A stretch of 47,033 nucleotides of DNA from an uncultured Eubacteriales bacterium (GCA_900555785.1 USMO01000001.1:1-47033), one strand, 5' to 3'; positions 37,594-46,892 are shown, numbered from the stretch's first letter. Program-made: numbers and translations. Notes: generated from the sequence alone by a model not told the origin.

Positions 37594-37702
37594 AACTTTC
37601 CTCAGCCGGGGCTTTTCCTCCCCAAAGTGCGACGCACTCTGTAAATTCCAGCTCCCACATAAATTCTAACGCACTGTAAAAAAGCCCCGGCTGAGGAAAG
37701 TT
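37594..37702. repeat. 23-bp perfect inverted repeat separated by 63 nt
   Basis: AACTTTCCTCAGCCGGGGCTTTT (37594..37616) is the exact reverse complement of 37680..37702. On the minus strand the hairpin is followed by TTTTT. Confidence 0.85.
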
Positions 37703-37830
37703 CGGGGAGGATGAGGGAGGTTTGGAGGGAGAAGGCGTCGCGAAGCGACGGTAGCGGCTTGCCGCGTTGACCCCTACCCGAAAGGGGGTCCCTTCTCCCT
37801 CCAAGACCTTTTCTTTCCCTTCACCCCTCC

Positions 37831-38922
37831 TCAAAACGCACCCTGCGTAAACGCGCGTTTGAGCTCGGCACCGAGGGCAGAGGCGAAAAGGGCGAACCCG
37901 TGGTCGTTGGGATGCGTGCCGTCAACCGTGCAGCCGTCCTCGTCGGGACCGCGGAAAACGGATGCGCCGTCAATGTAGTAAACGTTCCGGTCGCCGGTCT
38001 CGCGGGCATAACGGTACGTGTCAAAAATCACATCCCGGCGGGCAATGCTCTCCTCGTAAGCACTGTCAAAATCAAAGCGCGATACCATGATGTAGGGAAT
38101 CTCCGGATGCGCGGCGCGAATCGCACGGTAGAGCTTGCAGTGCGTCTCCTGCAGGTGCGCGGGATTCGGCGCGTTGTGGTCGTAGTCGGATACAAAAACA
38201 CTCATCGGGAGAGACGCAAGATAGTCAATCATCGTGTCTTCCGCCCTGCCGCAGCCGGAGAAGCCAAGATTGACGTAATCCAGATTGGTCCGGCGAGCCA
38301 GAATGTTCTGATAGCAGTTGCCCGGACGGGAAGCGCAACCACCCTGCGTGATGGAGCTGCCGTAGTAAACAATCGGATCCATGTCCCGATACCGTAGCCC
38401 GGCACCCAGCTGCGCCGTTTCCCGAACACCGATCAGAAGCGTGTCAACCCCGGCGTAAAGCGGGAAGTTGACGGTGATGTGCCGCAGCATCCGAGAGGGG
38501 AACCGAATGACCGACTCATAGCCGTCCTTGATGTCAAAGGGCGGCGTGAAGGTGCGCCAGTAGCGGGAGGTCCCGGTCAGGGGATCGTCTACATATAGGT
38601 CAAACCCCGCAGAACCGGTCAGCGGCATGTGCGACATTTTGCTGACACGGTGCATCGTAACGTGAATGGCAACCAGGTCCGAATCGGTTGAAAAGCGGAC
38701 CCGACCGCCGGCAGTGCAGTGCGCCAAACCTGCCACACCGGGGCTGACCGTTTGCGCTACGGCATCGGGCATCCGCCGGAAGGGGACCTGGTTCTTGTAG
38801 TCGTAAAGCCCGTAGACCGTAAACGGATCTTCCCGGACGTCACGCCAGACCAGGTCGGTCTCCTTGATTGTGCGGGGAACGCAAAAATTTGCGTCAATCT
38901 CTTCCAAAGATAACTGTTTCAT
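37831..38922 (-). CDS. SGNH/GDSL-family hydrolase (esterase), 363 aa, catalytic residues intact
   Basis: Block I VYYGSSITQGG, block III-like SDYDHNAPN and block V DGTHPNDHGF. RBS GGAGGA. Confidence 0.85.
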   Translation of the reverse strand: MKQLSLEEIDANFCVPRTIKETDLVWRDVREDPFTVYGLYDYKNQVPFRRMPDAVAQTVSPGVAGLAHCTAGGRVRFSTDSDLVAIHVTMHRVSKMSHMPLTGSAGFDLYVDDPLTGTSRYWRTFTPPFDIKDGYESVIRFPSRMLRHITVNFPLYAGVDTLLIGVRETAQLGAGLRYRDMDPIVYYGSSITQGGCASRPGNCYQNILARRTNLDYVNLGFSGCGRAEDTMIDYLASLPMSVFVSDYDHNAPNPAHLQETHCKLYRAIRAAHPEIPYIMVSRFDFDSAYEESIARRDVIFDTYRYARETGDRNVYYIDGASVFRGPDEDGCTVDGTHPNDHGFALFASALGAELKRAFTQGAF

Positions 38923-38947
38923 CGTAAATCCTCCATTCGGATGTTTG

Positions 38948-39934
38948 TCATTGGTCAGACGGCTGCTCGGGCTGCTCGGCGGTCAGAACACTGAAGCCGT
39001 CGTTGGGGAGCAGCGGAATCTGGCGGTTTTCTTTTATGTAGGTGCGAGGGGAAACGCCGGTGTATTTCTTGAACAGCTTGCTGAACAGCGTGTAGTCGCT
39101 GTAGCCGGTCAGCGCGGCTGCCTGCCGGACGGTGTAGTTTTCAAAGGTCAGCTTGTTTGCCGCACATTCCATGCGCTTGCGAATCATCAGCTCGCGGAGC
39201 GAATACTTGCAGAAGCGTGCAAAAATCTCGCGCAGATAGGAAGGGGAAATGTGCAGATGATTGGCAACGTCCTTCGGGGTAATGCCGTCAAGCAGAAAGT
39301 TCTGGATGAAGCTCAGCGCGTTGCGGTAGTAGAGATAGGAGTCGATTTTGCTGTTCTCAAACTCGGTTTGCGTGTTCTCGTATTGGTGCAGGGCAAGCAG
39401 ACGGTGGAGCAGCCCCAGCAGGTAAAGTTCGGTGTCGTGGCGGGGGTGCGTGCGGTAGAGCGCATCGTAAAATTCGGGAATGATGGCATCCTGAAAGCGG
39501 AAGGGGTGAATGTGCGGAATCGAGAAGAACCCAACGCGGCGCAAAAGCTCCTCCTTGCCGGGACCGGAAATGCTGATGTAGTAGAACTCCGGCGGATCGT
39601 TTTCGTCGGCACGGATGGTGTGGGAATCGTAGGGGTGGGTAAAGAAAAACTGCCCGCCCACAACCGGCTCGCCGTTGAAATAGGTCTTGCCGGACAACAC
39701 ATAATGAATGATGAAGCGATCGACAAAACGCGGACCGTACGCCTTGCCCGGGTAGCTTTTCTCGTGCCCGAGCGCGGCAACATAATAGGAGGGAGCATCG
39801 TCCAGCTCCGAGGTGTAATAGCGGTGCGTGTAGAACACGCTTTTTTCATTTTCGAGAGAAAGCGGGACCGTGGAGCGGATGGAATACTCCTGGTTCCCCT
39901 CCGGATAGGTTGCGGAATAACGGTAGAATGCCAT
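38948..39934 (-). CDS. AraC-family transcriptional regulator (328 aa)
   Basis: The C-terminus has VANHLHISPSYLREIFARFCKYSLRELMIRKRMECAANKL...GYSDYTLFSKLFKKYTGVSPRTY. I chose the ATG at 39934 after AAAGGAG over the longer ORF-track start. Confidence 0.9.
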   Translation of the reverse strand: MAFYRYSATYPEGNQEYSIRSTVPLSLENEKSVFYTHRYYTSELDDAPSYYVAALGHEKSYPGKAYGPRFVDRFIIHYVLSGKTYFNGEPVVGGQFFFTHPYDSHTIRADENDPPEFYYISISGPGKEELLRRVGFFSIPHIHPFRFQDAIIPEFYDALYRTHPRHDTELYLLGLLHRLLALHQYENTQTEFENSKIDSYLYYRNALSFIQNFLLDGITPKDVANHLHISPSYLREIFARFCKYSLRELMIRKRMECAANKLTFENYTVRQAAALTGYSDYTLFSKLFKKYTGVSPRTYIKENRQIPLLPNDGFSVLTAEQPEQPSDQ

Positions 39935-40001
39935 GTCTGCTCCTTTCTGCGGCTGCCCGGACTGAACGCGAACCCGACGTATTTGCGCCTGCATCCTGCT
40001 T

Positions 40002-40030
40002 ATTATAGCACATCCGTTTGCGGCTGTCAA
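40002..40030 (-). promoter_or_regulatory. perfect TTGACA-N17-TATAAT promoter for the AraC-SGNH operon
   Basis: On the minus strand: TTGACA (40030..40025), a 17-nt spacer, TATAAT (40007..40002). Confidence 0.7.
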
Positions 40031-40200
40031 GCGGGTTTTGAAAAAAGAACATATTTCAAGTGCTGCAAGAAACGGCGAATATATCAGATTCTGTGTTTGA
40101 TAGTTCACTTTTTACCAATTTTAACTTGTTAAATTTGTAAAAAATGCCCAAAATTTAAAAGAGACCGTCGAAAACACCATATATAACAGCGAAAACACGC

Positions 40201-40229
40201 TTGCTTTTCGCAAAATCGGATGCTATAAT
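40201..40229 (+). promoter_or_regulatory. promoter of the four-gene plus-strand cluster (TTGCTT-N17-TGcTATAAT)
   Basis: -35 at 40201..40206 and an extended -10 with TATAAT at 40224..40229, about 50 nt upstream of the ATG at 40279. Confidence 0.6.
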
Positions 40230-40278
40230 TCTTGTGTAGGAGCGAACAGACCAAGAATGCTCCGCGGAGGTGTTCAAG

Positions 40279-42111
40279 ATGAAAAAGTCCTGGAAAGGAC
40301 GCATGTGGGGGTGGCTGGCTTGGCTGCTTCTGCTTGCAACGGTGCTGAGTGGGGTTGCCTGTAAAACCGACGGAAATTCCACCGACACCGACCGGGCTAC
40401 AGAGGAACAGACAGAGAGCGAGGAACCGGACAACGACACGCGCATGAAGCTGGTGAATGCCGGCGAGGCTGCGGTGACGGTGGTTTATCCGGAAAACATT
40501 ACCCGTGCGATGAAGCAGATGGTGACCAACCTGATCGATGCGATTGAGAAGGAAACCGGCGTGCGGCTGAAGAGCAAGTCGGACTCGCTGCGGGTTGGCG
40601 CAACGCACAATTCGGACACGCCGGAGCTGCTGATCGGCGAGACCAACTACGACGAGACCGGAGCGGTCCTCGAGCAGATGGCGGCCAAGCAGTTCGCCAT
40701 TTGCCGGCAGGGCGCAAAGGCGGTGATTGCGGCGCGCAGCGACAGCGATGTGCAGGCGGCGCTGCAGTATTACATCACCAACCTGATTTCGCAGAATGTG
40801 GTTGAGAAGAACGGCAAGAAGACGCTGTACTTCGGCGAGTACACGCCGGACAGCGGCAAGGATGACAATCCGATCCGGATCAACGGCGAATCGATTACCG
40901 GATTCTTTATCATCTACGAAAAGGGCAACAGCGGCTACCAGGTCATTGCGGAGCAGCTGCAGAGCCTGATTCAGGATGAAACGGGCGTGCGGCTGCCGGT
41001 CTGCCCGGACGCAACGACCGAGGAAACCGCCGGAGAATTTTTGGTAGGCCCCACCAACCGGGCGCTTTCCAAAACGCTTTATGAGACTGAAAAACCGAAG
41101 CTGCTGACCTACGAGCTGGTTGTGGAAGGCAACAAGGTGCAGATTTTGTGCGGAGGGACCTACTCTGCAAGGGAGTGTGTAAACAGTATGGAATTTTCGT
41201 TTATGAACGGCGAGAAGAAGGAGTACACAGACGGCAAATACTTCAGCTCCGATCTGGCGCCGATTGCCCAGGCGCGGGCTGAGGGAACCGACCTGCGGAT
41301 TATGACTTCCAACGTTCTGGCATCCCGCTGGGGCGAGGACTACCACGGCAACCCGACGCTGGCGGCAACCATTCCGCCGGCAGACCAGCGCGCCGAAATC
41401 TATGCGGCGGTGCTGGCAAACTATCAGCCGGATGTGGTGGGCATTCAGGAAACCGACTACAAATGGGGCGTTTACCTGCCGCAGTATCTGGAAACGCTGA
41501 AGACGGTTTACGGCATTGAGTATACCTGGGTGTACCCGGACATCAACGGTGTGCCCAACCTGACCGGCATCCTTTACCGCTCCGATAAGCTGGATCTGGT
41601 AAAGTCGGACTTCTTTGATTTCTCCTTCTGGGATCCGAATTATCCGTATCACCTGCGGTCGATCGCGTGGGGACTCTTCCGCGAGAAGAGCGCAAGCGCG
41701 CGGGAGTTCGTGCTGGCGAACACGCACTGGTCCGGTCCGGAGAACCCCGAAATGGCGGCTGCCTGCATTTCGGAGGAGACTGAGCTGGTGAACAAACTGA
41801 AGAAGGAATACAATGTGCCGGTCTTCTGCACGGGTGACTTCAACCACAAGCAGGATTCCGAAGGCGTTGCAAAGTTCCTGGAGGCGACCGGCATGCGCGA
41901 GTCGATGCGCGTGGCAAAGGAGAACGGGACGCTGGTGAACTACATCGGCGGCTGCGCAAACGTCGGTCAGCCGCGGCAGAGCGAGACCTACATTGACCAC
42001 ATCTTCGGTTACGGCAACTTCTCTGTCCTGCGTTACGAAACAATTCTGGGGAACCGCGTGGTCTGGCTGTCTGACCATTCGCCTCAGATTGCGGATATTA
42101 AATTCAATTAA
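40279..42111 (+). CDS. lipoprotein with a duplicated N-terminal alpha/beta module and a C-terminal endonuclease/exonuclease/phosphatase (EEP) domain
   Basis: Signal and Cys: LLLLATVLSGVAC. EEP motifs: LRIMTSNVLA, DVVGIQETDYKW, LANTHWSGP, FCTGDFNH, IDHIFG and SDHSP. The ATG at 40279 lies 8 nt after GGAGG. Confidence 0.8.
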   Translation: MKKSWKGRMWGWLAWLLLLATVLSGVACKTDGNSTDTDRATEEQTESEEPDNDTRMKLVNAGEAAVTVVYPENITRAMKQMVTNLIDAIEKETGVRLKSKSDSLRVGATHNSDTPELLIGETNYDETGAVLEQMAAKQFAICRQGAKAVIAARSDSDVQAALQYYITNLISQNVVEKNGKKTLYFGEYTPDSGKDDNPIRINGESITGFFIIYEKGNSGYQVIAEQLQSLIQDETGVRLPVCPDATTEETAGEFLVGPTNRALSKTLYETEKPKLLTYELVVEGNKVQILCGGTYSARECVNSMEFSFMNGEKKEYTDGKYFSSDLAPIAQARAEGTDLRIMTSNVLASRWGEDYHGNPTLAATIPPADQRAEIYAAVLANYQPDVVGIQETDYKWGVYLPQYLETLKTVYGIEYTWVYPDINGVPNLTGILYRSDKLDLVKSDFFDFSFWDPNYPYHLRSIAWGLFREKSASAREFVLANTHWSGPENPEMAAACISEETELVNKLKKEYNVPVFCTGDFNHKQDSEGVAKFLEATGMRESMRVAKENGTLVNYIGGCANVGQPRQSETYIDHIFGYGNFSVLRYETILGNRVVWLSDHSPQIADIKFN

Positions 42112-42126
42112 GGAGGAAAAAATTCG

Positions 42127-43623
42127 ATGACCCGTTTTTGCAAACATTGGCTGCCGATCCTGCTGGTGCTCCTGATGCTCGCCGGTGCGCTCAGCGCCTG
42201 CAAGTCGCAGGGAAACAGTGGCACGACGACAACCAACCGCAACAACACGACCCCGGAACCGTCTTCGGATAACGGAGATGACGGGGAAGACACCGATGTG
42301 AACGGCTATCTCAACGATTCTCTGCCCAAGACCTACAACTTTGATTCGGACTTTGTGATTTACAGCTGGGAGGATCAGAAGACCTGGGAATGGACGACTG
42401 ATACCGACAAGAACCCCAACGACCGCGTTGCGTCCGCGCTGTTCAAGCGGCAGGCGCACGTGGAGGACCGGTTTGGTGTTACAATCAAGCTGATTTATCA
42501 GCCCGGCAGCTGGTCAGCGAGAAACCAGTTCATCAAGACTCTGGCAAACAGCGTCAACACCAACCAGCATGAATATGACCTGGTTGGCCAGTACACTCCG
42601 GCAGCCGGTATCGGCGCAACGCAGGGACTTTACGCGAACCTCAACGAGGTGGAGAACCTGAACCTGGAGAAGCCCTGGTGGCCGAGCTCGATCTCCCGGA
42701 CCTGCACGGTCGGCGATAAGCTCCTCTTCGTCACCGGTGACATCACCCCGACGCTGATCCGCAACATTCAGTGCATGTTCGTCAACCTGGATATGTATGA
42801 CGCACTGAGCCTGTCGGATTACACCGACGGCAGAAGCATTTACGACGTGGTCCGCGAAGGCGACTGGACGCTGGAAATGCTGAAGACCCTTGCCATCGGC
42901 AGAGTCGGCAACACAGAGAACACCTACGGCATGACGATTGCAAGCGGCGTTTCGGCTGACCCGTTCTTCTATGGCGGCGGCTTTACGCTGGTGGAAAACA
43001 CCGATGGTGTTCTGACCCTCTCCGATTCGCTTAAGAGCGAGGCGCTCTACGGCTATTTCGATGAGGTCAAGAAGATGTTCATCGGCGCTTACAGTGATAT
43101 TGCGATGGAAGGTGAAGATCCGTTTACCGAGCGCAGAGCAATCTTTGAGGCAGCAACCTTTACTTCCGCGCAGACCTTTACGGAAAAGGGACTCCGGTTC
43201 TCGGTTTTGCCGCAGCCGAAGCTGAACAAGGACCAGCTGAACTACGCAACCTGCGCAAGCTTCTGGGTGACCATGTACAGCGTTCCGGTTGACGCAGACA
43301 GCACGTTCATGTCCGGCATGATTCTGGAGGCGCTCGGTTCCGAGGCATACAGAACGGTGACCGATGAGCTCTACTACGAAGTGTTCCAGAAGCGTTACAA
43401 CGCATCGGACAACGTTGACAGCGCCGCAATGTATGACTATCTGTCCGGCTCGGTTGTGTTTGACGCTGCAAGATTCTTTACCGACTACCTGGGCATGTAC
43501 GCGGCATTCCGCGGCGGCGTAAACGATTCTTCTGACCCGAACGGCTCCTGGTCCACCATCTACAGCGGAAACAAGGATGCCTGGAACCTGAAGATCAATT
43601 CCCTCTACAGTAAAGTACAGTAA
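42127..43623 (+). CDS. lipoprotein, ABC solute-binding-protein-like (498 aa), with no adjacent permease genes
   Basis: Lipobox LAGALSAC. Size and composition are typical of family-1 sugar SBPs. RBS AAGGAGG. Confidence 0.65.
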   Translation: MTRFCKHWLPILLVLLMLAGALSACKSQGNSGTTTTNRNNTTPEPSSDNGDDGEDTDVNGYLNDSLPKTYNFDSDFVIYSWEDQKTWEWTTDTDKNPNDRVASALFKRQAHVEDRFGVTIKLIYQPGSWSARNQFIKTLANSVNTNQHEYDLVGQYTPAAGIGATQGLYANLNEVENLNLEKPWWPSSISRTCTVGDKLLFVTGDITPTLIRNIQCMFVNLDMYDALSLSDYTDGRSIYDVVREGDWTLEMLKTLAIGRVGNTENTYGMTIASGVSADPFFYGGGFTLVENTDGVLTLSDSLKSEALYGYFDEVKKMFIGAYSDIAMEGEDPFTERRAIFEAATFTSAQTFTEKGLRFSVLPQPKLNKDQLNYATCASFWVTMYSVPVDADSTFMSGMILEALGSEAYRTVTDELYYEVFQKRYNASDNVDSAAMYDYLSGSVVFDAARFFTDYLGMYAAFRGGVNDSSDPNGSWSTIYSGNKDAWNLKINSLYSKVQ

Positions 43624-43664
43624 AGTCAGCTGATTTTTCGAAACTAAAACGAAGGAGATTTCTT

Positions 43665-45569
43665 ATGAAACGGAAACTGTTTGCTCTTATCCTGACCCTT
43701 ACAATGATCTTTTCCGCGTTCTCCATGTTTACCTTTGCGGAGGAATCCGCATCCACCCCGACCGCAACTCCGGGCACAACAGTGGTTGCAAAACTTGACG
43801 GCACCGATATGACCCTGGAAGCTCTGCAGACGGCAATGTCGACAAACGGCTTTGACGGCTATGTTGGCAAGACCCTGACGCTGACCGCAGATATTGTGGT
43901 TGCGGAGTTTGCCCCCAAAGCAGTCTTCAAGGGCACGCTTGACGGTGCGGGACACACCATCTCCGGTCTGACCTCTCCGCTGTTCAGCCTCCTTCAGGGC
44001 GCAACCGTGAAGTCGCTGACGCTGGAAGGTGACCTTACGCGGAACATCACCTCGACCACCTATCTCGGCCTGATTGCGGCTTCTGCACAGGGCGGTTCCG
44101 TTATGGAGTCGATCACCACGAAGGGCTCCATCAAGGTTGAAGGCAGCGGCATGACCTTTATCGGCGGTCTGGTTGGAACTGTTGCCACTGTGACTGCCCG
44201 GAAGTGCGTCAACTACGTCAATCTGGAAAACCACACGACGCAGACCTACGGCTATTGCGGCGGTATCTTCGGCAGAGCCTGCGGTGTCAACGGGGAGTCC
44301 GGCGATCTGACTCTGGAGCAGTGCATGAACTACGGCAATATGATTTCCGATAAGCAGCCCGGCGCGCACTCGAAGTGCGGCGGTATGGTCGGTACCTGCG
44401 AAAACGGCGGAAAGATTACCACGATGACCAATTGCATCAACTACGGTACGCTGACCGCAAAGAGCCAGCTCGGCGGTATGACTGCTGACCTGCGCAGCAC
44501 CGGTATCTTTACCAGCTGCTACAACTTCGGTAATATGGTCGGCATTGCAAATGATAAGGCTGTCAAGCCGATGATCGGCGGTCTGGTCGGTCAGATTTAC
44601 AACAACCCCTACACCTCGTTTGTCAACTGCGTCAACACCGGTGACGTTACGGCTCCGAACCCTGCAGAAGATGCGCTTTCTCACGTTGGCGGTTTCGTCG
44701 GCATGGTGTGCCGCACAATCGAACTCCGGGGCTGTGTGAACACCGGTACCATCACCGGTAAGAGCAACGTCGGCGGTCTGATCGGTACCTACCGTCTGAA
44801 CGCTGCTACGACCAGAGACAACGGTCTGTTCAATTCGATTAACCTCGGTCGCGTGTACTCCCTGCAGGCAACCAGACCGGTTGAGAAGGTCGGCGGTCTG
44901 ATCGGCGCTTACGGCAACAAGCCGAAGGATGTCGTTCTGCAGATCGTGGGCAGCTACTCGATCGTGACTGCCGAGGAGAAGGCGATCGGCTACACCGATG
45001 AGCCCAGCTATCAGTTCCCGTCCTCGAACTTCAAGGCTGTCCTGACCTATGACGGTGTGGAAGAGACCGTTGAACAGGGTGAAACGGCTGGCAATTCGTA
45101 TTTTGAAACGCTGGTTGGAAAACTCCACCCGCTGACCGTTATCACGGCTGATCAAGCAACGGAGAAAATGCCGGTCCTGACGCTGGGCGTTCAGCAGACC
45201 AAGGTTGCGGACGGCAAGTTTGACCTGCGCTTTGTTGCCGGTGTCGATTCGCTGAAGTATTCCAAGGTTGGATTTGAACTCGTCCGCATCGAAGCGGGCA
45301 AGGGCAACTCCGCGCTTGTTAAGCAGGCTGACAACGTGGTCTATACCTCGCTCAACGGCTACAACGAAAACGGCGAAAAGCAGGTTTACACGGCTGCCGA
45401 CCTCGGCGTTGCATACCTTGCTGCAACAACGGTTACCAACATTCCGGCAACCGGAACCGTCACCTTCCTGGTGCGCCCGTATGCGGTGTCTCCGAACGGT
45501 GAGGTCATCTACTCCGGCATGCCCATGATTCTGACCTACGTAAACGGCGTTCTGCAGACTTCCAACTGA
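43665..45569 (+). CDS. secreted GLUG-motif repeat protein (634 aa)
   Basis: It has a signal peptide. GG(L/F/M)(V/I/T)G motifs recur (GGLVG, GGIFG, GGMVG, GGLVG, GGFVG, GGLIG x2), spaced about 25-35 aa apart. The C-terminus is beta-rich. Confidence 0.7.
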   Translation: MKRKLFALILTLTMIFSAFSMFTFAEESASTPTATPGTTVVAKLDGTDMTLEALQTAMSTNGFDGYVGKTLTLTADIVVAEFAPKAVFKGTLDGAGHTISGLTSPLFSLLQGATVKSLTLEGDLTRNITSTTYLGLIAASAQGGSVMESITTKGSIKVEGSGMTFIGGLVGTVATVTARKCVNYVNLENHTTQTYGYCGGIFGRACGVNGESGDLTLEQCMNYGNMISDKQPGAHSKCGGMVGTCENGGKITTMTNCINYGTLTAKSQLGGMTADLRSTGIFTSCYNFGNMVGIANDKAVKPMIGGLVGQIYNNPYTSFVNCVNTGDVTAPNPAEDALSHVGGFVGMVCRTIELRGCVNTGTITGKSNVGGLIGTYRLNAATTRDNGLFNSINLGRVYSLQATRPVEKVGGLIGAYGNKPKDVVLQIVGSYSIVTAEEKAIGYTDEPSYQFPSSNFKAVLTYDGVEETVEQGETAGNSYFETLVGKLHPLTVITADQATEKMPVLTLGVQQTKVADGKFDLRFVAGVDSLKYSKVGFELVRIEAGKGNSALVKQADNVVYTSLNGYNENGEKQVYTAADLGVAYLAATTVTNIPATGTVTFLVRPYAVSPNGEVIYSGMPMILTYVNGVLQTSN

Positions 45570-45592
45570 TCGGGAAAGAGAGGATACAGAGG

Positions 45593-46846
45593 ATGAAACA
45601 CAATAAAATCATTGCCTTCCTGATGGCGGGCGCGCTTCTGACCGGTCTTGTCAGCTGCAAGACCTCCGATTCCAACGAAGAAAATACCACCGAGCCCAAT
45701 ACCAAGATTACCACCGCTGCTCCCACCGAGGAGGACACCACCCCCGTTAAACCGGAGAACCCCCTCAAGGAATTTGAGCATACCGTTTCGTTCGCCAAGG
45801 GCAACCACAAGGGCGTTCGCCTGTTGGGGCTTAGAGAAGCAACCGATGACGGATTCCTGTGCGTTGACTGGTCCTGCGCCGGCGTGGAATTTACCTACGA
45901 CAGCAAGGGCGGCGACCTGACCTTCCGCGTTTCGACCAACGAAAACTGCGCATTCCGCGTTTTCGTGGACGGCGCCCCGAAGAACAACTCCGACGGCAGT
46001 CCCTACTTCATGAACAACGGCACCCGGAATATGGTCATTCCGGATATGCCCACCGGTATGCACACCGTCCGGGTCATTAAGACCTCCGATGCTGTGACCA
46101 CCACCGCGCTCTTCTTCAGCATGACCTACTACGGCGACCTGCAGGAAGAGCACGAGAACCTGAACGACCGCGACCTTTACATCGAATTTGTCGGTGACGC
46201 AATCAGCGCAGGCTTCGGCACCGTCAGCGGCACGGTCGATCATGACGGCTCGCTCGCATTCCCGTATCTGGTTGCAAACAAGCTCGATGCCGACTATTCG
46301 GTCACCGCGCTGAACGGTCTGGGCGTTGTGCTCGGCACCAACAATGCGGAAAAGGTCTACGGGCTGGCAAGCATCCAGCGCGACGGCTCGATGGACTACG
46401 GCTTCCAGAGACCGGCTGACATCGTGGTCATCAACCTCGGCTCCGTTGACTTTGCAGGCAAGGACGAGAAAGGTCTGACCGGCGAGGCGTTCCAGGAGGC
46501 GTATATCAACCTGATCCGCGCCATCTACCGCAAGAACGGCGAAAAGTGCAAGATCTACTGCCTGTACAACACCGTTAACGACAACTTTGAGAATGAGATT
46601 CTCAAGGCTTGCGAACTGCTCGGCGGCGAGGATGCCGGCCTGTTCACCCTGAAGACCGACCGCGCGGCTGGCGCTCTCCCGACTGCGGAAGAGCAGAACA
46701 CGATTGCGGAAAAGCTGACCGCTCTCCTGAACGAGACCAAGAACCGCGAGATCACCAAGAAGATCGGTCTGCCCGACGGCTACCTGGATAACCAGGGCAC
46801 CGGCGACGGTTCCAACATCGATTACAACGACCCGAAGTGGAACTAA
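45593..46846 (+). CDS. lipoprotein with CE2-like architecture (beta-sandwich + SGNH fold) whose catalytic positions are substituted: predicted pseudo-esterase
   Basis: Lipobox LTGLVSC. Block I reads FVGDAISAG (Ala203 at 46199..46201 where Ser is expected). Block III reads VINLGSVDF (Val where Asn is expected). Block V reads GALPTAEEQ (Leu362 at 46676..46678 where His is expected). Confidence 0.7.
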   Translation: MKHNKIIAFLMAGALLTGLVSCKTSDSNEENTTEPNTKITTAAPTEEDTTPVKPENPLKEFEHTVSFAKGNHKGVRLLGLREATDDGFLCVDWSCAGVEFTYDSKGGDLTFRVSTNENCAFRVFVDGAPKNNSDGSPYFMNNGTRNMVIPDMPTGMHTVRVIKTSDAVTTTALFFSMTYYGDLQEEHENLNDRDLYIEFVGDAISAGFGTVSGTVDHDGSLAFPYLVANKLDADYSVTALNGLGVVLGTNNAEKVYGLASIQRDGSMDYGFQRPADIVVINLGSVDFAGKDEKGLTGEAFQEAYINLIRAIYRKNGEKCKIYCLYNTVNDNFENEILKACELLGGEDAGLFTLKTDRAAGALPTAEEQNTIAEKLTALLNETKNREITKKIGLPDGYLDNQGTGDGSNIDYNDPKWN

Positions 46847-46892
46847 GAGACCGGATGGCTCTCAGGAACCGATATCGCTAATCAAGATTGCA

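Noticed and set aside
37121-37834. ORF-track entries in the long intergenic gap: 37121..37414 (-), 37369..37644 (+), 37520..37834 (-), and a 52-codon ORF from the ATG at 37134 (+).
   Set aside because: None has an RBS. The peptides are low-complexity (Pro/Ser/Gly/Arg). Several run straight through perfect inverted repeats.
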